Shown: one piece after another, positions 19,091 through 27,483 of the stretch
How positions within the stretch are numbered: the first letter of the stretch is position 1
How the letters are laid out: each line of letters begins with the position of its first letter
Assembly: GCA_965248435.1 (NCBI GenBank)
Contig: OZ252100.1
Location: 2,624,001-2,688,000 of the forward strand
DNA from: Candidatus Latescibacterota bacterium
Lineage (GTDB): Bacteria; Latescibacterota; UBA2968; GCA-2709665
Direction of reading: 5' to 3'
DNA length: 64,000 nucleotides
Notes under the pieces: generated by a model
What the model was told of the DNA's origin: nothing
The model's input: the letters and a program-made list of their open reading frames with translations, nothing else
Databases searched by the model: none
Program-made: the position numbers and the translations under genes

Positions 19091-19178
19091 CAGTTTCCTG
19101 GATCCAATCTTGAACATTTTTGCGTAAATTAAAGTATAGTCTATGACTTGTACTAATGTCACCGCTCGAGGAGCGGTC

Positions 19179-19194
19179 CGGCACAGATCTTGCG
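19179..19194 (+). promoter_or_regulatory. Sigma54 (-24/-12) promoter of pspA
   Basis: CGGCAC-AGATC-TTGCG with exact GG-N10-GC spacing, about 60 bp upstream of the pspA start. Confidence 0.85.
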
Positions 19195-19252
19195 ATGGAC
19201 GAAGGCTGTCCACCACATCGCAAGAATGAGATCTCAATCAGAGGAGTGACCC

Positions 19253-19930
19253 ATGTCCAGAGGAGTCTTTACACGCATGGCAGATATCGTCAAGGCCAAC
19301 ATCAACGACCTCTTGGACCGAGCCGAGGACCCGGAAAAGATGATTCGGCAGATCATCCTAGAAATGGAGGAGGCCGTGAACAAGGCCACGGCCTCCGTCG
19401 CAACGGCCGTGGCCAGTGAGAAGCGTCTGGAACGGCATTGTCTGGAGAAAAGAGACCAGGTTGATCTCTGGCAGAGCAAGGCAGAGCTTGCCGTCAAGTC
19501 GGGCGAAGACGACCTGGCCAGACGCGCCCTCGAGCGAAAGGGGGTCGCGGAACGTGCTGCAGCAGACCTTAGTGCAGCACTCGCCGAGAGCCAAACGACT
19601 TCGGAGCAATTGAAGCAGCAGTTGGCACAACTCAAGGCCAAACTCGACGAGGCACGTATGAGACAGGGCACGCTCATCGCGAGGAGCCAGGCCGCCGACG
19701 CCCGCAAGCGGATCGCCAAGGGCATGTCGGGAATCGGAAACGACGCCGTCTCCAATTTCGAGAGGTTTCGCCGGAGGGTGGAGACCGAAGAGGCCGAAGC
19801 CGATGCCCACGAAGAGATATCGGGCTCTCGGCCATCGCTCGAAGACGCGTTCGAGAAGCTCGAGCACAAGGGATCTGTCGAAGCTGAACTCAAGGCCCTG
19901 AAGCAGAAACTGGGACGGACCGATGAATGA
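19253..19930 (+). CDS. pspA: Phage shock protein A / IM30 family
   Basis: FTRMADIVKANINDLLDRAEDPEKMIRQIILEME, G.DDLARRAL, C-terminal VEAELKALK. Confidence 0.95.
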   Translation: MSRGVFTRMADIVKANINDLLDRAEDPEKMIRQIILEMEEAVNKATASVATAVASEKRLERHCLEKRDQVDLWQSKAELAVKSGEDDLARRALERKGVAERAAADLSAALAESQTTSEQLKQQLAQLKAKLDEARMRQGTLIARSQAADARKRIAKGMSGIGNDAVSNFERFRRRVETEEAEADAHEEISGSRPSLEDAFEKLEHKGSVEAELKALKQKLGRTDE

Positions 19931-20084
19931 GGTCCCCAGAATCGTCGGGGAGATCGTCGGCGAACTCCGCCGAATGGAGAACACGATCAAAGGGGTCTGG
20001 CCGTCGGGGCGACCGAAGATGGAAGCAGGATTGACCGGTCTACCCACACGACTTTCAGACCTCGCCGCAGATGGGAGCTGCGCC

Positions 20085-20531
20085 ATGCGATACCTGTTCG
20101 GTTATCTTTTCAAGGGCGTTGGCGCCCTTGAATGCCTCGGCGGACTGATCATGATTGCCATCACCCTGACCCACCTTACCCAGGGGTGGGATCTTCAGGC
20201 GCTCAGCGTCGGCCTGTTCCTAGTCGCGACGGCCCAGCTCTTCTGGTTTGCAGGGCACCTCCTGCACCGGTCTGCCGATCGCCGTCGATATGCAAATGAC
20301 CAGAACCGCCTCCTCCGACTGGCCCGCGACAAAGGGGGAAGCCTGACAGTGCTCGAAGCGGCGACCGACGGTCGGATGACGGTCGACACGGCAGAAGAAA
20401 TCCTCCGTGAGCTCGCTGCACGCGGTCACGCAGAAGTCCGCGTGTCCGATTCCGGGCTCCTGGTTTACCGCATGACTGAAATCGAGCGCATTGAAGAGAA
20501 GGATCAAGCCAGGCCGGTGGATGAACTCTAA
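20085..20531 (+). CDS. Two-TM protein with C-terminal winged-helix-like domain
   Basis: Two hydrophobic helices then GGSLTVLEAA...AEEILRELAARGHAEVRVSDSGLLVY; start uncertain (19923 or 20085). Confidence 0.7.
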   Translation: MRYLFGYLFKGVGALECLGGLIMIAITLTHLTQGWDLQALSVGLFLVATAQLFWFAGHLLHRSADRRRYANDQNRLLRLARDKGGSLTVLEAATDGRMTVDTAEEILRELAARGHAEVRVSDSGLLVYRMTEIERIEEKDQARPVDEL

Positions 20532-20659
20532 TTATACAACCATTATGAGCTCTTCATGATGATCGACGAAACGGAACAGTAGAAGATCGACAGGCAGAGA
20601 AGCGTACTACATTGCAAACCTTATCTTTCTCTCCGACAACATCTCAAAAGGTGGCGACC

Positions 20660-20839
20660 ATGCTTGCGAAAATCCTTGGCATCCTGTTCGTGGTCATCGG
20701 CGGTGTTCTTGCGATCAGCGTCCTCTTCTTCCTCATCGGGTCGATTATCGGACTGTTGTGGCTCATGGTCAAGCTCCTCGTCCCGATCATTCTCCTCTAC
20801 ATCGGCTACAGGCTCCTCACCCGGGATTCGGAGTATTGA
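20660..20839 (+). CDS. Small hydrophobic membrane protein (59 aa)
   Basis: MLAKILGILFVVIGG...IILLYIGYRLL, almost entirely hydrophobic; AAAGGTGG RBS. Confidence 0.75.
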   Translation: MLAKILGILFVVIGGVLAISVLFFLIGSIIGLLWLMVKLLVPIILLYIGYRLLTRDSEY

Positions 20840-20865
20840 CCGCGTATCAAAGGAGAACCGGATCA

Positions 20866-21441
20866 ATGATCGATGACTCCATACGCAGAACACTGAATGG
20901 GGACCGGAAGGCGTTTAAGGCCATCTACAATGCCCATCACGCTCACGTCCAGGCCTTTGTTACACGCCACACCACCGAATTCGACAGAGTGGAGGACCTG
21001 GTTCAGATCACCTTCCTGCGTGCCTTTCGGGCGCTGCATACCTTCCGGGGAGAGGCGGCGTTCTCAACGTGGCTCATACAGATTGCTCTGAACGTCTGTC
21101 GATCGGATCAGCGGGCCCTTCAGAGAGAAAGGGCACGCTTCTCGTGCAGTGGTGACCCTGAGGCAGAATCTCGTGCCGCATTCAATTTGCCTCGGGCACT
21201 TGAGCTTGACCCGGAGCAACTCTTGCAACAAAAGGAGCGCCGCGACCTCGTGATCCGGGAGATCAACAACCTCCCGGAGCGGTATCGAACCGCCGTATGG
21301 CTTCACTACTTCAGGGACCGGTCCTACGAAGAGATCACTCGCGTGCTTCACGTCCCCATCGGGACAGTCAAGACGTGGATCTTTCGCGCGCGGCAGCAGT
21401 TAAAGGGGCGGTTTCAGCGCATCGGGCTGCAGACCGGGTAG
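20866..21441 (+). CDS. ECF sigma factor
   Basis: EDLVQITFLRAF, FSTWLIQIALN, region 4 SYEEI...PIGTVKTWIFRAR; AAGGAG RBS. Confidence 0.92.
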   Translation: MIDDSIRRTLNGDRKAFKAIYNAHHAHVQAFVTRHTTEFDRVEDLVQITFLRAFRALHTFRGEAAFSTWLIQIALNVCRSDQRALQRERARFSCSGDPEAESRAAFNLPRALELDPEQLLQQKERRDLVIREINNLPERYRTAVWLHYFRDRSYEEITRVLHVPIGTVKTWIFRARQQLKGRFQRIGLQTG

Positions 21442-21472
21442 GCCTCTTCCTGATTACGGAAACTAGGGTATC

Positions 21473-23089
21473 ATGGATTCAGAAAAAGCGAAGGACCGCT
21501 CTCTTACTCCGACAGCTCAGATGGGGCTCCGTGATGACTTCCCCGAGTCGCGGAACGCGGAATCCAGAGAACGTTGTCTGGAGGGGGACAAGGCTGTAAA
21601 TGGAGATCGCCTTAAGGCCGGAGAAGCGGCCTATCAGGATGCACTGAGCGCAGATGAAGAATCTATTCACGCCCTTCACAATCTGGGAGTCGTCTACTAT
21701 ATGATGCAGGAATGGGAGCGGGCAATGAGTTGCTTCGAGTGCTTGGTGGAGTTGGACCCGATGGATATCGACTTTCGAATCAAGCTCGGCCTATCTGCAT
21801 TGAAGAACGGCCAGGTCGAGGTAGCTCACGAACAGTTCGAGATTGCTACAGAGGTCGATCCCGATCACCCTGGTGCCAGGTTCCAGCTGGCGCTCCTCCA
21901 CGCCGCGGGGGGCGCCCCGGGATCTGATGGTCGCCAGCTGGCAATCGAGGCCCTGAAGGAGGTACTCCGCACATCAGATGAGGGGCGACCCTGTGCCGAC
22001 CTCCAGCGAGCCTGTTTTCTGCTGGGAAGCTTGCTTGACGACCTGCCTGAAAACAGGGAAGAAGCCATCGTGGTTTACAGGCGCGGGCTGAAGGAAGACC
22101 CCCTCTTCGCTCCAGGTCACAACAATCTGGGCGTCCTCTTGATGGAGGACGGTCAGACGATCCCCGCGCTCGGTGAATTCAAAATCGCGATCCATCTGGA
22201 ACCCGACTACACGCTTCCCTATCGAAACCTCGCACGCCTCCTTTTTGACAGGATGGACGTCGCAGAGATGGAACAGGAATACACCTCCATCATCGATGAG
22301 TTCGGAGTCCGTTCTGCGTCCGTGCTGGCTAAGCTCTCAAGGGAACTCACCGATCTGGGCAGGGTCCAGGTCTACGAAAGCCTTTACACGCGCGGTCACC
22401 AGATAAAGAACCTTATGGGCATCGCGGGGAGTCGGACCCGTCGCTTCATTCGAAACCAGCCCCCCAGCGGCGATGATCTCGATGAACTGAAGGAGATCGC
22501 TGCCGAGCAGGAGCATATTTATGATGATTGGGTTGCCTACCTCAGATCCATGAAGCAGGAGACCATGAATCCCGGTCTCGTGGATGTAGCTCAACTCGCC
22601 GAAAGGGTCACGCGATCCCTTTCCAGCCAGAAGGGGGCGAAGGAAGTGAGCTTCAAATCAAAGCCCAAGATCCCTCAGGTCAAGGCCGATGCCGGGGCCC
22701 TTCATGAGGCCTTTACGAATCTGATCATGAATGCCCTGGAGGCTGCTCCTGAAGGCGGTAAGGTATCCGTCAGAACCGGATACGATGCGAATCAGAATAC
22801 GGTCTTCGTGGAAATCGAAGACGACGGTCCAGGAATTCCTGAAGCCGCGCAGAAGAAAATTTTTGACCCCGGATACTCCACGAAAGAAAAAGGGAGCGGT
22901 TACGGTCTGAGCATCGCTGCACGGATCGTGGCCGGGCATCGCGGGAACCTCCGAGCATCGAGCAACCAGGATTCCGGAACTGTTTTCAGAATGGACCTGC
23001 CGATCGATTTCGAAATCGCCCCTGAAGAGCGCGGCATTGCTTTCCAGGACCCTTCCTTTCGTCTGCAAGCCGAAGAGTTTGTCGACTGA
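21473..23089 (+). CDS. Soluble TPR-repeat sensor histidine kinase
   Basis: TPRs (HNLGVVY, NNLGVLL), H-box GHQIKNLM, N-box NLIMNA, G1 DDGPGI, G2 GSGYGL; no TM segment. Confidence 0.9.
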   Translation: MDSEKAKDRSLTPTAQMGLRDDFPESRNAESRERCLEGDKAVNGDRLKAGEAAYQDALSADEESIHALHNLGVVYYMMQEWERAMSCFECLVELDPMDIDFRIKLGLSALKNGQVEVAHEQFEIATEVDPDHPGARFQLALLHAAGGAPGSDGRQLAIEALKEVLRTSDEGRPCADLQRACFLLGSLLDDLPENREEAIVVYRRGLKEDPLFAPGHNNLGVLLMEDGQTIPALGEFKIAIHLEPDYTLPYRNLARLLFDRMDVAEMEQEYTSIIDEFGVRSASVLAKLSRELTDLGRVQVYESLYTRGHQIKNLMGIAGSRTRRFIRNQPPSGDDLDELKEIAAEQEHIYDDWVAYLRSMKQETMNPGLVDVAQLAERVTRSLSSQKGAKEVSFKSKPKIPQVKADAGALHEAFTNLIMNALEAAPEGGKVSVRTGYDANQNTVFVEIEDDGPGIPEAAQKKIFDPGYSTKEKGSGYGLSIAARIVAGHRGNLRASSNQDSGTVFRMDLPIDFEIAPEERGIAFQDPSFRLQAEEFVD

Positions 23090-23108
23090 GCCTCCAACGC
23101 TGTAATCC

Positions 23109-24515
23109 ATGAAAACCAATATCCTCATTGCGGACGACCAGCCTGAGGTACTGAACGCGCTCTCACGAAGCCTTCAGTCCGAAGAGCGAAGTGTACACGC
23201 CTTCCGCAGTGGTAGAGAAGCTGTCGCCTTCCTCCGCAGGCACGCCTCAGAAGTGGACCTGGCCATTCTCGACCTGGATTTCGGACCCGACGAGCCTGAC
23301 GGTCTGGAGATCCTCAGACAGACGCGAGAGCTGGCACCCGACCTCCCAGTGATCATCCTGACCGGAAAAGGGACGATCGACACCGCAGTCTCCGCGCTCA
23401 GACTCGGGGCCACCGATTTTATCGAGAAAGATTTCTATCTGGATGAGAAGCTGGAACTTGGACTCGAGAAACTCGATCGGATGCTCTCGGTCCTCAGAGA
23501 AAATGCCGAACTTCGCGAGCAGGTGGACAGTCTGGATCGTGAAAATCGATTCTACAGGGACGAGTTCGGCAGTCGTTACCAGACGGTCAGCGCCAGCCCG
23601 GCCATGCAGAACGTGCTGCAGCAGGCCGAACGAATCGCCTCCATCCCCCGGCCCGTCCTGGTTCTGGGGGAACGTGGTACGGGAAAAGAGCTTGTGGCCG
23701 GCGCAATCCATTTCGGTGGCGTTCGCAAAACCCGCCCGTTCGTAAAGGTCAACTGTGCAGCATTGTCCTCCACCCTGCTGGAAAGTGAACTCTTCGGACA
23801 CGAAAAAGGCGCCTTTACTGGCGCCGATGAGGCCCGTCCCGGCCGGTTCGAGGCTGCGGACGGGGGGACCCTCTTTCTGGACGAAATTGCGAACACCTCT
23901 CCGGAGTTTCAACAGAACGTCCTCAGGGCCATCGAGTACAACGAAGTCCAGAGGGTGGGCAGCCCGAAGCCCATCCCCGTCGATGTACGGATTATCACTG
24001 CAACCAACGCGGACCTGGAGCAGGAAATCGCGAGTGGAAAGTTCCGGGAAGACCTCTACGACCGGCTCCGGTTCGAAGTCATCCGCATTCCCCCCATCAG
24101 AGAACGGCGTGAAGATATCAGGCCGCTCGCCGAATTTTTTGTTGCCGAAATCAGCAAAGAAGTCGCGGGTCCCATCGCGCACGCCATCTCGAAGGCTGCG
24201 TTTGACCGACTACTCGCCTACTCCTGGCCAGGGAACGTTCGTGAGCTCAAGTTCGCCGTCGAACGCGCAGCCTGCGTTGCCGCGTCCGATACCATCCAGC
24301 CTGGAGACCTCCCTCCCGAAGTCGCCGGCGAAACGCCTGACGCATCCGAACAGGGCTTTGAAAAGCAGGTCGAAACCTTCGAACTCGGGCTGCTCAGACA
24401 AGCCTTGCGAAGTGCAGGGTGGAACCAGAGGCAGGCAGCGTCACATCTCGGACTCAGCTATGATCAGTTTCGCCATCTCTATCGGAAGTACCACCTCGAC
24501 CGCGAAAAACCGTAG
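23109..24515 (+). CDS. Sigma54-dependent response regulator, REC plus PspF-like AAA+ plus HTH
   Basis: REC (ADD, ILD, T, K), GERGTGKE, GAFTGA, IEY, ATNADL, DLYDRLRFEV, HTH NQRQAASHLGLSYDQFR. Confidence 0.92.
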   Translation: MKTNILIADDQPEVLNALSRSLQSEERSVHAFRSGREAVAFLRRHASEVDLAILDLDFGPDEPDGLEILRQTRELAPDLPVIILTGKGTIDTAVSALRLGATDFIEKDFYLDEKLELGLEKLDRMLSVLRENAELREQVDSLDRENRFYRDEFGSRYQTVSASPAMQNVLQQAERIASIPRPVLVLGERGTGKELVAGAIHFGGVRKTRPFVKVNCAALSSTLLESELFGHEKGAFTGADEARPGRFEAADGGTLFLDEIANTSPEFQQNVLRAIEYNEVQRVGSPKPIPVDVRIITATNADLEQEIASGKFREDLYDRLRFEVIRIPPIRERREDIRPLAEFFVAEISKEVAGPIAHAISKAAFDRLLAYSWPGNVRELKFAVERAACVAASDTIQPGDLPPEVAGETPDASEQGFEKQVETFELGLLRQALRSAGWNQRQAASHLGLSYDQFRHLYRKYHLDREKP

Positions 24516-24557
24516 TCCCCTTTAGAATCCCGAGAAGGTCACAGCGAAAGGTTGAAT

Positions 24558-25500
24558 GTGAACGCCATGGTGCTCCAGGAGGTAAATGAGCCCCTCCAGC
24601 CGTGCGACCTCCCAAGCCCTGGCGATGGACAAATCCTGATCAAGATTGGCGCGTGCGGCGTATGCAGGACCGACCTGCACGTCCGCGATGGCGATCTCAA
24701 ACAGCCAAAGCCCCCCTCGTTCTGGGTCACGAAATCGTGGGTACGGTCGTAGAGGTTGGAAAAGAGGTGGAGGATATGTCGGCGGGGCAGCGCGTCGGTG
24801 TGCCCTGGCTGGGCTGGACCTGCGGATCCTGTGGCTACTGTTCGTCAGGCCGTGAGAACCTCTGCGAGAAGGCAAGGTTTACCGGCTATCAGATCGACGG
24901 CGGCTATGCGGAATATGCAGTCGCCGACCATCGCTACTGCTTCCCGATTGCCGGAGCGCAATCGGACTCGGAGACCGCCCCCCTGCTTTGTGCCGGGCTG
25001 ATTGGCTATCGCGCCCTGCGAATGGCTGGAGATGCCCGAAGGCTCGGTCTCTACGGCTTTGGCGCCGCGGCCCATATCGTCGCGCAGGTCGCCGTCTACG
25101 AAGAAATTTGCGAGAGAACTGGGCGCGTCGTGGGCGGGCGACTCCAACGAGAGCCCTCCTGAGAGCCTGGATGCGGCCATCATATTCGCGCCCGTGGGCG
25201 CCCTCGTCCCGGTCGCCCTAGAGGCGGTCGACAAAGCGGGCATCGTCGTCTGTGCCGGCATCCACATGTCGGAGATCCCGGCATTCCCTTACGACCTGCT
25301 CTGGGAAGAGCGGTCCATCAAATCGGTCGCCAACCTGACGCGTGCCGACGGGACCGAATTCCTTGACCTGGCCCCTCGAATTCCTATCAAGACCCGGGTC
25401 CACACCTACCCGCTGGACCACACGAACATCGCCCTCGAGGCACTTCGGGACGGAAGTTTCGAGGGCGCGGCCGTCCTCCTTCCGACGCATTCAAATCAGC
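24558..25500 (+). pseudogene. Zn-dependent alcohol dehydrogenase (AdhP-like), disrupted
   Basis: CGVCRTDLH, GHE/C..C..C....C and APVGALVP blocks lie in three different frames; shifts at the C6 run 24711-24716 and near 25100. Confidence 0.85.
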
Positions 25501-25509
25501 TTCCCCCAT

Positions 25510-25929
25510 CTACCTCTGCAGAAATTCGATCAGGACGCCGTCCGGACCCTGCGCAACGGCCAGACCCGGCGAGTCTGGCGGAGGTGCAGGCTCGGAAAGG
25601 AACGTGACCCCTTTTTCCTTGAGCTCGCCGACCGTCTCCCTTATATCTTTCAGGTAGAAACTCAGCCAGCGAACACCCGACCTGAGATCTTCTTGAGGCG
25701 GAGGCGGCGGGGATTCGATCTCCATCAGCTTGATCACCGTCTCGCCCGCCCGAACCCTCACTTGATGAAATCCCCGGGGGGCGAGTCCGAACTTCGTCGC
25801 CACCTCGTCTGAGATGTTCGTCTCGTGGACGATCTCCAGGCCCAGGCATTCGTGATAGAAATGAAGCGACGCTTCGAAATCGCTGCACATAATCGCTACA
25901 TCGACGACGGGCTGAGCGAACTCCATCAT
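25510..25929 (-). CDS. VOC/glyoxalase-family protein
   Basis: VAI..SDFEASLHFY...LGL, C-terminal GPDGVLIEF; AAAGGAG RBS. Confidence 0.85.
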   Translation of the reverse strand: MMEFAQPVVDVAIMCSDFEASLHFYHECLGLEIVHETNISDEVATKFGLAPRGFHQVRVRAGETVIKLMEIESPPPPPQEDLRSGVRWLSFYLKDIRETVGELKEKGVTFLSEPAPPPDSPGLAVAQGPDGVLIEFLQR

Positions 25930-26009
25930 CCTGCTCCTTTCGTTACAGATGACGACGATTGCGTCATCGGAATCACCGACTAATTCAAAGCCCTGCAAGG
26001 AGTCGACCT

Positions 26010-26291
26010 ATGGGAAACGTGCCGACTATCCAGAAAATCAAGCTCACGAGATACCAATTCCCCTTCATGGATGTTGGTAGGGACCCCAGCTTCATGTCGC
26101 CTTTCTACGAACCTGGAAATCAAGGCTTCCGATCGGTTCTCGGTATACGCATATACACAGACATCGGGGTTACGGGCGAGTATATGAGCATCGCCTCCGG
26201 GACTTTCGAGCAGATTCAAATGTTCGGTTCCTATCTCATCGGCAAGCGAATGAGCGCTTGTTGCTTTCCGATTTCCCACGACGTGAATTAG
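26010..26291 (+). pseudogene. Truncated enolase-superfamily (mandelate racemase-like) N-terminal fragment
   Basis: AAGGAG RBS; 'IRIYTDIGVTGEY...YLIGK' capping-domain pattern, then the ORF ends with no TIM barrel. Confidence 0.55.
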
Positions 26292-26346
26292 GCCGAATCC
26301 CAGAGAGAAGAAAAACGGATAATAACCTGATTGGGGCTTAAAGACA

Positions 26347-27465
26347 ATGAAAGGGCGCGTCGTCTTCTTGAAAAAGTATTTTGGCCCGTTCGAGATTCGG
26401 GAGTATGACGTGCCGGACCCGGAGCCCGGGGCAATTCTCATTCGAATCCTGTCAGGCGGGGTCTGCGGTTCCGACCTGCACGTCTGGCGGGGCGAGCAGG
26501 AACCGCGACTCAGTCTCGACGCTGAGGGTCGCTGTATGGGCCACGAGATGGTCGGACGGGTCGAGAAGCTGGGCGAGGGCATTTCGACCGATTCCCTCGG
26601 CGCCCCCCTGGAAGAGGGAGACCGCGTCACCTATTGCTACTTTTTTCCCTGCAACCGCTGCCCGACCTGCCTCGAAGGGCTGCGACCCGCATGCCCGAAC
26701 CGGTTTCATGCGTCCCGTTCCCCGGAGGTGTGGCCCCATTTTAAGGGTGCCTATGCCGATTACTACTATCTGAAGCCCAACCACTTCGTCTTCAAGGTCC
26801 CCGACACGCTCAGCGACCAGATCCTGACCCCGCTAAACTGTGCCCTCTCCCAGGTCATCTACGGGCTTCAAAGGGTCGGGCTGCGCGTCGGAGACAGCGT
26901 GGTCATCCAGGGGGCCGGCGGACTCGGTCTGAATGCCACCTCCGTCGCCAGAGAGATGGGTGCGGACCGGATAATCGTCGTCGATCAACATCCCGGCCGC
27001 CTCCAGCTGGCCGTGGAATTCGGTGCGACGCACACGATCAGCCTCCAGGACCACAAAACCGTGAAAGAACGTGTCGACCTCGTCAAAGACCTCACGCGAT
27101 CCCGCGGGGCCGACATCGTCTGCGACTTCGTTGGCTATCCCCAGGTGATCCCAGAGGGTCTGGAGATGCTGAAGAGCGGCGGAATCTACCTGGAAATCGG
27201 AAACATCTCACCCGGCGATTTGAACCTCGACGCTTCAACCTTCGCCATGGGGTTCAAGCAGATCCAGGGCATCGTCCACTATGACCCGTCGGTCATCCCC
27301 AAGGCGATCTCCTTCCTGGAAAAAAACGTCGACAAATATCCGCTGGACAAGATCATCTCCCACACTTACAAGCTCGAGGACGTCGATGAAGCCTTCGAGC
27401 AGGCGGAATGGCAAAGGCGCGAGGGCGACCCGACGAAGGTGACCCGGGCCTGCATCGTTCCTTGA
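26347..27465 (+). CDS. Zinc-binding dehydrogenase (MDR family)
   Basis: GVCGSDLH, GHE, C..C..C structural Zn, QGAGGLG. Confidence 0.9.
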   Translation: MKGRVVFLKKYFGPFEIREYDVPDPEPGAILIRILSGGVCGSDLHVWRGEQEPRLSLDAEGRCMGHEMVGRVEKLGEGISTDSLGAPLEEGDRVTYCYFFPCNRCPTCLEGLRPACPNRFHASRSPEVWPHFKGAYADYYYLKPNHFVFKVPDTLSDQILTPLNCALSQVIYGLQRVGLRVGDSVVIQGAGGLGLNATSVAREMGADRIIVVDQHPGRLQLAVEFGATHTISLQDHKTVKERVDLVKDLTRSRGADIVCDFVGYPQVIPEGLEMLKSGGIYLEIGNISPGDLNLDASTFAMGFKQIQGIVHYDPSVIPKAISFLEKNVDKYPLDKIISHTYKLEDVDEAFEQAEWQRREGDPTKVTRACIVP

Positions 27466-27483
27466 TTGCGTGTTGCGGAACGC

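Noticed and set aside
20560-20640. ECF-type promoter (AAC...CGAC) upstream of the small membrane gene
   Set aside because: Candidate -35/-10 spacings are off-consensus and ambiguous; cannot be supported by eye
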